NCBI GenBank assembly: GCA_951406725.2
Contig: OX597827.1
Span: 55,366,001 to 55,430,000 of the forward strand
Direction: 5' to 3'
DNA from: Octopus vulgaris
Taxonomy: Eukaryota
Length of the DNA stretch: 64,000 nt
A program made the position numbers and the translations under genes. The notes beneath the pieces are model-generated. The model saw nothing but the letters and a program-made list of their open reading frames with translations. It was not told the origin of the DNA and ran no database searches. Below are positions 38,101-47,979 of the stretch, one piece after another (positions within the stretch are counted from its first letter, which is position 1; each line of letters begins with the position of its first letter).

Positions 38101-40692
38101 ATATTTTATGAACTTCTGCAGAATTTGAAATCAGAATGCAAAAAGACAACTAAATTCAGCAGAACAATTCATCCATCTCTCTACTAATTCTGCTATTCTC
38201 TATTTCTAGGAATTTCTAACTAAAATGCAAAACCTGAAATTGATCCTAGTACTTGACTTGTACTCTATTTAGTTGACCTCAGAAAGATGAAAACTCGGTT
38301 TTATTCAGAAGTGATTGCAATAAAGACCACCACTCTGATTTGATAGGATCATCAGATTCTATCATGCTCTAGTATCTCCTTTAGCATAGTTTCTTTGACT
38401 AGGTGCCCTTCCTACCTTCCAAATGCCAACAACTTTACAGCAGGTACTGGGTGCCTGTTTTGTGCTACCAACAGTTTTAGTGGCAGTTTTATGCTTGGAG
38501 AGGTAAACATGAGAGAAGGGGCCAGAGCAGAATAGGATTCTTACTGTTAAGGAGCTACATGACTACTCACATTTTGAAGGAGAAAGAGAGTGTGAGTGAC
38601 TGGGTGGAATTGGAAAGCAGTAAAAATAGTGATGAGATAACAGAGAGGACCTTCAATGTAGAAAGTGGATAGAAATGAATGAGGTAGACAGACCATGGGT
38701 ATATGTGAGTAAAAGTTGCAAGAGAATATAGGAAGGTGAGACAAGGAATGGTGAGAAAAGGGGTGGTAGGCAACCTCAACAATGCAAAAAAGGTGAAGTG
38801 GAGGAGTAGGGGATGACTGATTGCAGAACAAGCAATCATCATCATTGTTTAACGCCCGCTTTCCATGCTAGCATGGGTTGGACGATTTGACAGATCTGGC
38901 AAACCAGATGGCTGCACCAGGCCCCAATCTGATCTGGCAGAGGTTGTACAGCTAGATGCCCTTCCTAATTCCAACCACTCCGACAGTGTAGAGGGTGCTT
39001 TTATGTGCCACCAGCACAAGAGCCGGTCATGCAGTACATGCAACGGCCACGCTCAAATGGTGCTTTTTATGTGCCACCTGCAAAGGAGCCAGTCCTGCGG
39101 AACTGGCAACGACCTTGCTCGAATGTTTTTGTTCACGTGCCACCAGCACAAGTGCCAGTAAGGCGACGCAGGTAATGATCATGCTCGAATGGTGCTTTTT
39201 ACGTGCCACTGGCACGCAAGCCAGTTTGTTGCTCTGGCAACGATCATGCTCGGATGGTACTCTTAGTGCTCCATTGGCACGGATGCCAGTCATTGAATTT
39301 GATTTCGACTTCACTTGCCTCAACAGGTCTTTGCAAGCAAAGTTTAGTGTCCAATGAAGGAAAGGTACACATAAGTGGGCTGGTTACACCCCTGGCATAT
39401 GCCACGAAGTTATGGTCTCACTTTGCTTGCCGAGTCTTCTCAAGCACAGCATATTTCCAAAGGTCCCAGTCATTAGCCATTGCCTCGGTGAAGCCCAATG
39501 TTTGAAGGTCATGCTTCACCACCTCATCCGAGGTCTTCCTGGGTATACCTCTTCCACAGGTTCCCTCAACCGCTAGGGTGTGGCACTTTTTCACATAGCT
39601 ATCCACATCCGTTCTCGCTACATGGCCATGCCAGCACAGTCGTCTCTCTTGCACACCACATCTGATGCTTCTTAGGTCCAACTTTTCTCTCAAGTTACTT
39701 ACACTGTCGAGTATGCACACTGACATTACATATCCATCAGAGCATACTGGCGATCTTACCTCATATAACCCCTCATAACTTTTTTATTTTTCGGAATTTT
39801 CAGAAAAATTTTGCTAATGTCCATATTTTAAAACTGCAATTTAAAAAAAAAAATTGAGAAAGAATGGAAATTAAGCATGTGCTAAAACCCCTAATAACCT
39901 TTTTATTTTTACGAATTTTTACAAAACTTTTCCGATTCTGTCTTCTGCATAATGGAATTGATATGATTATGCAAAAAAATTTTTTTGGACCCCACCCTCA
40001 AAATTGAAGTGTAGAGGGTGTTAATGCAGTTTTGCACCTCTCCTTGAAAAATGCATTTTTGTGGGAAATTTTTTTCTGATTCCTACGTTTTAGATGTCGG
40101 AGATTACGAATATCCCTGTCTATTTATTCATAAAATATATTTGCCAACTAAATGTTGCGGTCCTTTAGAAGAGTGTTACTGTTGTTTTGAGCCCAGTAAG
40201 ACATTCATATCTATCTATCTCTTTATACACATATCTATATGCTTATGCTTATTGAATTTAAAATTTTGAAAACGTGGTTTCTTGCATATTCGGAATCTCC
40301 CAAGGAGAGGTGCGAAACTGCATTAACCCCATTTTTTTCCCCCAGATAGTCCGAATCTACCAATTGTTTCTCTTTATAATTTCCAAATAATTTTTTTAAT
40401 GCATTTATGGAAAACAGTCAATTGGCGGTCTTCATACTTTTTCACATAATTCCGGACTTTATATGTGAAATGCCAGTGACATGCTGCATGTCCATCAACA
40501 ACATTAACAGACAACCGTGCAATGGTACATCTAGTCCAAGTAGACGAAAGCTTTTCTTTTTAAGGGGAAAAAAATGAAGTTGGAAGAATGGTGAAGAAGT
40601 TTTGGATACTTGTGATCGTCGTAACCGTTTTTTCATGTTGGGTACATGCGTGTATAAAGATAAATTAAAACAATATGAATACACCCACTTAA

Positions 40693-40725
<33 letters not shown>

Positions 40726-43700
40726 CAAAGTCTAATGGTGTGAATTTTCTAAAACTCCTTTAGGGACAAGCGGTTTTCGCAATGAGTTCCAATTTAATCG
40801 GAATCTACACGATCTGAAGCATATCTGCAGAAAATTTCACCAAGAAATATTTAATTCTCTCAAGGTTATGAAGAAGCACATCTTTGCAGCACAATTGTGT
40901 AGATATGCCGAAATATCGGTCAATATAAAGATCCTCGCCCGGGAACAAATAAAAAAAAAACAAAAAAAAATCAGCCGGGGGGGGGGGCTAACAAGTGTGT
41001 GGAAATCGAATGTGAAAAAAAACAAAATGCGCGCTGACGACCCTGGGGTGGGGAGGGGACTTTCGGAAAATTCACAAGATCCGATTTTTCCGTCATAAAT
41101 TCGGGTAAAATGGATATATATTGCTTTTTTTTTTAACGGAATCCCATGTTTTTGGTTCTAGAACCGTAAGATCGCCATATATATATATACCAATATCTTG
41201 ACTATTGAGTAATTGTACATATAATAATTATATACCAATATGGGATCTTTATGTATATAAAACTAACTCTGTAAAAATGTATGTGTGTGTGTATATATTT
41301 ATATAATCGCCGTCAGTCATAATAAGAGATCACCCCAAAATCTATTTCCTTAATTTTTAACTACTGTTTCTGGCACACATATTTACGCAATTTTGATTTG
41401 GAAGTATTTAAAAAATTAGATAGAAATTATAAAGAGAAACGAATGGTAGATTCGCACTGTCCGTATTTTAAAACCGCAAATGAAAAAAAGACATTTTTTT
41501 TTTTTGCATAATCGTATCAATTCCATTATGCAGAAGAAAGAATCGAAAAAATTTTGTAAAAATCCTTAAAAATAAAAAAGTTAAGAGGAGTTTTAGGACG
41601 TGACTACATCATAATTCCTCCCAGCTGTCAAATACTTTTATTTTTAGCAGTTTTAAACGCAGACGGCAATTCTGCAAAATAAGATTTTTCAAAAATGCAA
41701 CTTATCGTTATCAGTGTTTCTTCCAAAAAATCCTCTCTTTTAAACGTACCGAATTACGATTATGTAAAAATGTCAGAAATTCATTTAATTCTATCCTCCC
41801 ACTTTGTCTATTTCAGAGGATGCAACAGGTCATAACCTTATTTCGCATTATTCCAGTTTGTATTGTAATGTATTTAATTATGTGACTCGGATCTTCAAAG
41901 AATATTTTTAACAATTCCGCATTCGCAACCGTTTATTCTGAGACACCAAAGTTTAGTTTTGTTTGTTTTTCACATTGTAAAATTGTTTTGTCTCTAACAT
42001 TAACATAATGTTATTGGAAATCGAATGTGAAAATAAAACACATCAATAAATTTAAATTCGTCAAAAACAATTATACTTAGTAAACAGATATGCTAAAAGC
42101 AACAGCTAAATCGCCCTTAAATTGCACACAATTTTTTTTTTTTTTTTGCGTAATCGTATGAATGAATTTCCGTATCTAGAACACAAATTCACAAAACTTT
42201 TTTTAAAATTCCCAAAAAGTAAAAAGTTATGAGAAGTTATATGGGATGCTGAAACCACAATCTCGTCCAGATGTTTTCTTAAAAATTTGGACACTTTTTC
42301 GTTTAAACGTGACAGCACACTTTTCGCTTCAAGTGTGACAGCTTTGACAGAGGGGAGCCTAATAGTTACTTAATTGAATTCATGTGGTGATATCAATTTA
42401 ATGATGGTCTGTTCCAGAATCTTTTGATTGATGTGAATCATTTTGGGCGATCTTTCGTCTCTAGTAGACCTTTCCGTCGATTTCCGTACTAGAGACGAAC
42501 TCAAAGCAGTATTAGTAAAATGAATTTTTTTTCTTTGACAGTTCCTCACTAAATGACGCGACAGCTAAAATATACTTAATAAGAAATGAATATGAAAACA
42601 AAATTAGATCGCCTATATATATAATAGCAATTTAATAAATAAAACATATGCATGCATATATGTACATACCTACCATCTATATGTAGGTACTAACGAAAAA
42701 AACAAACAATACAAGGAATATTCCCCTTCATCAGCTGCCCCTGTTTCGAAGGTAAGGTCAATATATATAACGTGAGGCTTACCTATCAATTCTCCTGGGG
42801 AAAAAAAAAGAAGCCAAATATAACAAGTCCTGAACAAGAAATGTGCAATTTGAAGGAAACGTAAAATCAAAATTTCCCGCTACAGGAAACAACTGTCACT
42901 AGCGACACACTATGATAGAAGACATCGTAAGGGGGAGTAACCTATTATAAGCCGTTACGTTTCAACGGAAATTGCCGAAATGTTTCATTGTACAACGTTA
43001 CACCGAATTGCTACAAAATCGATCGGAGTTCGACTGACGTTTTTTTGTCTACAACGGTTTTCGAGAGATAAATTTTACTCAAATATGGTAAAAAAAATCA
43101 GTATATTCACATCTTTTTTTTTTTTTCAACTTTTCACTTCTCTCAATATTTAATCATTGAAAATGAAAGTCTAGGTGTTATTATTAATTACATAATATCT
43201 GTTTAACATGGTTGCCCCCGTCCTTTACCACGTGCTGATTACTACAATAATAAAATCTGTAAATAGGTAATGGTGATACAGGAGAGGAAATTTTGATGTG
43301 CTGATTATACGTCTGAGTTTAGATTTTAAGTTTCAGTTTTCATTTCTTGTTTAAGGATTCACGTTCTGCAGGTTCCCCAACAAACTATTCGTTATAATTT
43401 CCTCTATCCATCTCTGCTTTTTACCTTGCCAGAGATGCAGCACGAACTCACGACACTCTAGTTGAGAGATTGATACCTTATTCGCTCTGCCATTGCATCT
43501 CTAAACGATTTGAATATGTAACAACATATTGTTTCTTGCTGTTATAATATTTTAAATAGCAAATACTAAATATACTATTTTTCTTACGCAAATAAATATG
43601 CCATCATAATTGATGACTAATTTATATAGCAAGTAATTGCTTTTTGTCGATGGCCGGAATAGTGCTGCGCAATGGTGTTGATATACAACGACATTGCACA

Positions 43701-44633
43701 TAAGATCGCCTAAATATCCGGTCTATTAAAAAAAAATACTTCCAATTTTTAGTGCTTGAGCCAAGGTAATAACAATAAATGAATTGAGCATATGCAAAGA
43801 TCTGCAGCTGTAGAAATGGATATTACAGGTCGAGATTTCTGTAATCAAGAATTATGTTCAAGAATATTTGAATTAAATTTCGCATAAAATAGAATCTTAA
43901 CTGTTTTATAATATCAACTCTTTCTTAAGTGGTTTGTATTATTTACTCTCAAGAAGAAGAAAAAAATATAAAACAAGCTGTTACAGAGTGAAATTGTTTA
44001 CAATAATGTTGACAGTTCCTTCATCGAAACATCTCGCGTGATAGAACATTCGTTTTGATCACATGAAAAGTTTGATAGGTACTTAATCGATACATATATT
44101 GTATTCCATAAATTATTTGCTCGGAATAACGGCTTAAAAAAACAGCCTAGGTGGATATAGATTTTTATTTCATTTTATTATATTTTATAAGTTACGGCGA
44201 TCTTTAGACGAAAGATTGCCTAAGTTACTAATAGTTTATGTCAATAATTTCAAAGACATTTTTGAGCGAAGCATTATCAAAACATTGCCGAACAGGGAAA
44301 AAAACCCTGAAGTATCGCCGACAGTGAACTTTCTGTTCCTGTCTGAGACGTTTGGAGGGACTGAGTCACTAACAGCGAAGTTATTGTCATCATTAGCGGC
44401 TCGCCTCACCGAGGTATCCGTGAGGGTGCTTGGCTTTTCCACGCCTTAGCCTCGCCAACGCCCATGGTAATGCGAGCGTGCTGGCCTGCTTCAGTGGGTA
44501 CAGTTGAATCTTGTGGTGTGCAGCTAACTGAAATACTTGGTGCTGCATTGTTGTTGTTGTTGTTGTTTTTTTCATTCTCTCCCCCTCCCCCTCTTTTTCT
44601 TGTTATTCTTTTGTAAAATACATTCCTGCTCAT
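9777..44633 (-). CDS. HAUS8: HAUS augmin-like complex subunit 8 (HICE1/Dgt4/EDE1 family), 15 coding exons, about 582 aa
   Basis: Phase-consistent exon chain 44410-44633, 42783-42794, 35744-35825, 34637-34833, 31944-31990, 30713-30788, 28943-28974, 27370-27437, 25735-26002, 23727-23827, 22166-22282, 18273-18392, 11989-12127, 10830-10980, 9777-9891 (1749 nt, no internal stop). KKGRVIPSRYMQ resembles human HAUS8 GGRVIESRYLQ, and LAEVLDTVPHQIATEGI...TEQLLEKI resembles FATALDTTRHELPVRSI...TQRLLGEL (recalled sequence). Confidence 0.88.
10830..10980 (-). CDS. HAUS8: HAUS8 exon 14 (DLTNNFVETEQLLEKI...KTEIE)
   Basis: poly-T tract with tag acceptor, CA|gtaagt donor, phases 1/2. Confidence 0.9.
11339..11730 (-). 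mobile_element. tRNA-derived SINE (family B)
   Basis: A/B-box head, matches 19504-19875. Confidence 0.8.
11989..12127 (-). CDS. HAUS8: HAUS8 exon 13 (KSAVSKV...LAEVLDTVPHQIATEGIFHSNDESYI)
   Basis: cag acceptor, G|gtaatt donor; conserved LDT..H motif. Confidence 0.9.
12290..12735 (+). mobile_element. Two tandem tRNA-SINEs with Meta-domain-like core (family C); others at 22585-22785, 30273-30500, 34370-34570, 36630-37040, 58135-58235
   Basis: gagttcaaat B-box, gcctttcatcctttcggggtcgataaa core, (ATT)n tails. Confidence 0.8.
12802..13673 (-). mobile_element. Internally deleted mariner transposon
   Basis: HQDNAR...HPPYLPDTAPSDYHLF (D34D-type) in ORF 12992-13201; TIRs ttgggtcatcccataaa / tttatgggatggcccaa followed by TA. 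Confidence 0.9.
13797..14093 (+). mobile_element. Inverted partial copy of the mariner 5' end
   Basis: Reverse complement of 13295-13673 with an internal gap. Confidence 0.85.
15530..18221. mobile_element. DNA transposon relic (superfamily uncertain) interrupted by piggyBac
   Basis: Inverted arms 15700-15807 / 18084-18190; transposase-like remnant LQILTLVPNSWSVRRIAKEF at 17902-18030. Confidence 0.5.
16104..17547 (+). mobile_element. Deleted piggyBac element
   Basis: TTAA|CCCTTTTGTTACTA...TAGTAACGAAAGGG termini; KWGFKVWKICEANTGY...YTG and GLGYDVVW transposase motifs, tandemly duplicated at 16692-17025. Confidence 0.85.
18273..18392 (-). CDS. HAUS8: HAUS8 exon 12 (RQIQDLCYL...RLGELQ)
   Basis: cag acceptor, CAG|gtatgt donor, 40 codons, phase 0/0. 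Confidence 0.85.
19504..19875 (+). mobile_element. Near full-length tRNA-derived SINE (family B); others at 50755-51302, 53778-54165, 56328-56738 plus fragments
   Basis: tggctgtgtagtaag A-box, ggttcagtccc B-box, internal (TA)/(TG) tract, gtaaaaga tail. Confidence 0.85.
20690..21155 (+). mobile_element. RTE LINE 3' end with UTR
   Basis: IKKCQSFVDGT...LTWDGLLKDDL ORF tail followed by the aggaagggcatccagc UTR. Confidence 0.7.
21350..22130 (-). mobile_element. Degenerate RTE LINE RT fragment
   Basis: GKA..PGIVAEML / P.DW / YKG...NYRG remnants on the minus strand. Confidence 0.65.
22166..22282 (-). CDS. HAUS8: HAUS8 exon 11 (QKAPLNQIEVDILYTNYIQ...EADAA)
   Basis: ttttag acceptor, GCA|gtaagt donor, phase 0/0, helical coiled-coil-like sequence. 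Confidence 0.88.
23727..23827 (-). CDS. HAUS8: HAUS8 exon 10 (WSEGPKLSCRR...DPEVNKE)
   Basis: tag acceptor in phase 1; two in-frame weak donors (exon end at 23727 or 23739). Confidence 0.78.
23878..24080. mobile_element. piggyBac-type MITE (CCCTTTAGCAT TIR, TTAA sites); others at 36015-36239, 37414-37935, 52373-52561, 59045-59183
   Basis: Multiple similar copies bounded by TTAA. Confidence 0.8.
25056..25135 (-). ncRNA. Minimal type I hammerhead ribozyme (Penelope-associated), sense in HAUS8 intron 9
   Basis: ttc-CTGAAGA-gaaagacacaat...attgtggctttc-GAAAC-acgt-GTA-gaa: intact core, stem II 11/12 paired, palindromic loop III, GUA cleavage triplet. Confidence 0.75.
25735..26002 (-). CDS. HAUS8: HAUS8 exon 9 (ESKSGHNV...STPNKDDLPLPYSDASTIIQDMST)
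   Basis: poly-T tract with cag acceptor, T|gtaaga donor; overlaps ORF 25718-25981. Confidence 0.85.
26778..27167 (-). mobile_element. Full-length tRNA-SINE (Ceph-SINE-like) with 13-bp TSD
   Basis: tRNA-like head at 27090-27165, short A tail, TSD acacagatgcaat at 26765-26777 and 27168-27180. Confidence 0.85.
27370..27437 (-). CDS. HAUS8: HAUS8 exon 8 (GRVIPSRYMQSAQNFRTRTPTKK), conserved SRY motif
   Basis: ctgctttcag acceptor; non-canonical AAG|gcatgt GC donor gives the required phase 0. Confidence 0.85.
28350..28700 (-). mobile_element. RTE-like LINE 3' fragment
   Basis: ISNEEL...WKKPQGRP..RWLD ORF-end motif. Confidence 0.7.
28943..28974 (-). CDS. HAUS8: HAUS8 exon 7 (GAKSSSKPQKK)
   Basis: ttttttttcag acceptor, AAG|gtaggc donor, phases 2/1. 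Confidence 0.8.
29056..29423 (+). mobile_element. RTE-like LINE 3' fragment with (CAAGTA)n tail
   Basis: LRWFDHAA.R...GGQLKTW...KEDL motif, then caagtacaagtaagtaa. Confidence 0.75.
30713..30788 (-). CDS. HAUS8: HAUS8 exon 6 (NLKQKNTS...DYEPK)
   Basis: ctcttttcag acceptor, GG|gtatgt donor, phases 1/2. Confidence 0.8.
31944..31990 (-). CDS. HAUS8: HAUS8 exon 5 (NIPNILVDVISPQFK)
   Basis: ttttcag acceptor, AAG|gtaagt donor, phases 2/1. Confidence 0.8.
33381..33774 (+). mobile_element. RTE 3'-UTR repeat copy with three tandem ~61-bp units
   Basis: Repeated accatccgagcgtggccg..gccagcctcgtctggcacctgtgtcggtggcacataaaa; (GAT)n tail. Confidence 0.9.
34637..34833 (-). CDS. HAUS8: HAUS8 exon 4 (GCDSSKENRK...KKLMTK)
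   Basis: aag acceptor, CA|gtgagt donor, open frame, phases 0/2 fit the neighbours. Confidence 0.78.
35744..35825 (-). CDS. HAUS8: HAUS8 exon 3 (SERRMDNTLLSPHRLVDLDLSDCDEHQ)
   Basis: Strong pyrimidine tract with tag acceptor; CAG|gtatag donor; contains a possible alternative start ATG at 35810-35812. Confidence 0.75.
38835..39748 (-). mobile_element. RTE LINE 3' end: ORF tail contiguous with the full 3' UTR
   Basis: ORF 39418-39726 RRLCWHGHVAR...GRG.PRKT...KHDL, then UTR units and (GAT)n. Confidence 0.85.
39749..41176. mobile_element. Non-autonomous DNA element with GGCGATCTTAC TIRs (Merlin-like termini)
   Basis: Perfect 11-bp TIR at 39749-39759 / 41166-41176; no TSD seen. Confidence 0.55.
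42783..42794 (-). CDS. HAUS8: HAUS8 12-nt microexon (RRID), or 3' end of an alternative first exon
   Basis: cttctttttttttccccag|GAGAATTGATAG|gtaagc; symmetric phase 2-2. Confidence 0.55.
42849..43085 (-). promoter_or_regulatory. Putative internal HAUS8 promoter: E2F site TTTCCCGC (42873-42880), CHR-like TTTGAA (42849-42854), shared module 42961-43085
   Basis: Motif matches, CpG retention, homology to the module at 1911-2040. Confidence 0.45.
44410..44633 (-). CDS. HAUS8: HAUS8 putative exon 1 (MSRNVFYKR...SQAPSRIP)
   Basis: ATG in aaatATG context within a CpG-rich region; donor CG|gtgagg is phase 2, matching the next exons. No homology support for this part. Confidence 0.6.
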
Positions 44634-46142
44634 ATTTTGAATAAATTGAACAACTAATGCTTATTTCATTGACCAGAAAAAAAAGAAAAAAAACACAACT
44701 CGTCTAATATCCGAAAATATTTCGAAAGATAATTCATAAGATTGTTTTGAAGTTACCGGTGAATGACAAGAATATGTGCTTTAAAGTAAAGTGGCCCCTT
44801 CTAAATATTATCTACAACTATTACAGAAAATCTCTGAATAGTCACGTGCAAGTTTTTGTGTTATGTATGTATTTATGTATGTTTAATAACAAAATTTGAT
44901 TTCAACTTTTTTTTTTCGTATAATTCTCTAAAGGATGAATGTATTAAGGAAAGATATTTAAGGTAAACAACAGATGTATGCAAACTTTTGAAACTATATA
45001 TACCGTAAAAGGTACCTTTAGAAAGTTAAATGCCTTATCTTTTTATGTCAATTTAGTAAACTGATAGTCTTTATCTGGAAACCAAAATGAAAGTCAAATA
45101 TTCTAGTCTTATGTACGTAAATATTTATTTCATTGTTTTAGTAATTAGATTGCGACTATGTTGGATCTACCCTAGTAACTTAACCTGGTTCCCGTTTTTA
45201 ACGATTTCTTTACTGACTGGTTGAGTTTAACTATTAAGTTACTTTTAGAGAGTTATCTCCCTTCAGTGGCGTAACCCCTTTACTGTATTTGCGCCTGCAT
45301 CTCCCCCCCCCCATTGTGTACACATATATGCACACACTATACACGGAGGGCTTCCACACAGTTTTCATCCACCAAATTTCACTCGCAATACATTAGCGAA
45401 CCCAAAACTATGTTAGAAGACACAAAGTGCTGTGCTGGGAGAGCGAACCCTTATCAAATAGCCGTGCTTTTAGAGAATGTTAGATATAGGCTTGACAGTA
45501 TCTGGTGGATATTGACAAACATTTATGTTGATAGATTTATTTTATTACTTGATGATATCTTGAAACTACATACTCGAAAATTCTAGTCTGTTGATTCACA
45601 TCGCTACATTGTAGTCATCATCATCATCGTTTAACGTCCGCTTTCCATGCTAGCATGGGTTGGACGGTTCAACTGGGGTCTGGGAAGCCCGAAGGCTGCA
45701 CCAGGCCAGTCAGATCTGGCAGTGTTTCTACAGCTGGATGCCCTTCCTAACGCCAACCACTCCAAGAGTGTAGTGGGTTATTTTATGTGCCACCGACACA
45801 GGTGCCATAGTATCGTTATCATTTTATATCTACTTTCCATATTTGCATGGGTTGGATAGCTCAGTGTAATCCAAGACAGTTTTTATTTGGCATTAGTGCC
45901 ATGTTAAAAGCACCCAGCATACATAGTAAAGTGGTTGATGTTAGGAAGGGCATCCAGCTGTAGGAGCCGAAACCAAATCAGACTGGAACTTGGTGCACCT
46001 CTCCTGCTTGTCAGCTTTGGTCAAACCGTCCAATCCATGCCTGTATGGAGAAAAGACGTTAAAGGATGATGATGATGTGATGGCAGTTTTTTCGTATCTG
46101 AAGATCATGAAAAAAAAAAGGGGGCATGCCCTCAAGTGGTTA

Positions 46143-46704
46143 CAAGGGGATGCTGAAAAGTTCTAGCCTTGGGTAAAAAAACAAAATATAGGAGGATCAG
46201 TTAATTATGATCTTATTCAAGATATTCCCCCTCTGAGATTCACATTTTAATGTGCTGATTGTATACTGAGTTTAGATTTTAAGTTCTGCACAATGTTATT
46301 GATATGCAATGACATTGCACATAATAGATATCCAGTTTATTAAAAAAACTCTACTTGTTCCAATTTTTAGTGCATAAACTAAGGTGATAACATTAAATGA
46401 ATTGAGGATTTATAAAGATCTGCTGCTTTAGAAGTGGGTAAAACTTGATATTACAGCCCAGGAAATCTGTAATTAAAAATTATGTTCAAGAATATTTAAA
46501 TTAAACTTCACATAAAATGGAATCATAATTGTTTCGTAATATCAACACTTTCTTAATCTTTTGTAATATCAACTCCCAAATTCACGCATTTATTGTAGAA
46601 GTCCTTCAGTTTTTCTAAGCTTTGTAAAAGAACTGGGAAGGTTGGACCTCCAACCAGGCCTTTCGCAATACCCTTAAAGCCAGGAAGTTCTCAGCAACCC
46701 CTCA
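46143..46704. mobile_element. Mariner-derived MITE interrupted by a locally copied insert
   Basis: TA|caaggggatgctgaaaagttc ... gaagttctcagcaacccctca|TA. Confidence 0.7.
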
Positions 46705-47979
46705 TATATAAACCAATCCTTGATGTTGCAGGGTTTTTCCTTCTTGCCTGCCCTTAGTAGTTTTAAAGTGAGAGTCAGTTCATGCAATCTAATTTCACTC
46801 TTTAGACTTGGCGGTCTGACCACAGTTGCTCAGTGGACTAAGACAGCTGTGGTAACCTGCAAGTTGTAGGTTCCACATTGGAGTGACTTTCTCCTAGTTG
46901 AATTGTCTTACAGGGCTGGAGAACTCCACCTGCCCTGGAGTTGCCAGAAGGGTATCAAAGATGTTAACAAACTGCCTGAGGGACTCCACACCCTGATTTG
47001 CTGGTGTGGTTGACTCCCCTAGCCTTTCATTTCCCAAGGCTGTGAGGGTTTATGTTTGGAATTTCTTCCATAACATGCTAACTAACCCATAACTGGAAAC
47101 CTGATATTTGCTGCTATTCTGGGTCAGAGTAGACCTGGGAACAATAGTGGCTGAGAGGTGGTTCCACATTCCTCAAAACCTTGGAACTCTCAAACCAGGG
47201 TCCCACTACTGGATGCAAATCATATTTGTTACTACCCTCTTAAATGGGTCAGAAGGATATGTCTCACTTGTTTTCTATGATTGAATTCCTTTCCTGTCAC
47301 TGGGTACATTTTATCATGGCATTAGCATGAGTAAGGTTGCCTTCTACCACACAAAACAAAAGAGACCTCCCTACTTGGTGATGTGTCTGTTCACTGAAAG
47401 CAAAGGGGCCAAGATGGGGGATAGTAGTTAGGGCAATAATATAAGGAAAACCAGGATGAGTAAGTGAAGGAACAGCAGTATAATGGTAGAAACAATGGGA
47501 TAATGATGCATGAAGATGAACGTTGGTAAAAGAAAGTTTAACATCAATAATAAGTGATCTAAGAAATGGGAATGATGACGGGTACTACAGAGAGACTGAT
47601 GATAGTGAATTGAGTACAAATGGATCTGAAAGCAATGCATAGGCCTAGTGATAGACAAAAGAGTGACAAGGTTAATGGTAATAGTAGTGGTATGGGGGCA
47701 TGTCCTGTAACAATGCATTGGTGCTTCCCTACTCCTAGTAGATGACACTTTTGCACCCTTCCAACCCTCCAACACTTAGGTCTGTTTGCGTAGTTGTTGG
47801 TGAGGGTTTTACTAGGTCAGGATGCAAAACCTACTTTAACCTCTTTTAGTTATCTTTTACAACATGCAGAGGAAACGTTGGGTCTATTCTTTGACATGTC
47901 ATCTCTACACAGTTGACGAGAGGGTTTAGGCAGAAAACAGATTTGACAGACACACACAGGACTGATATGTAGGTGTACT

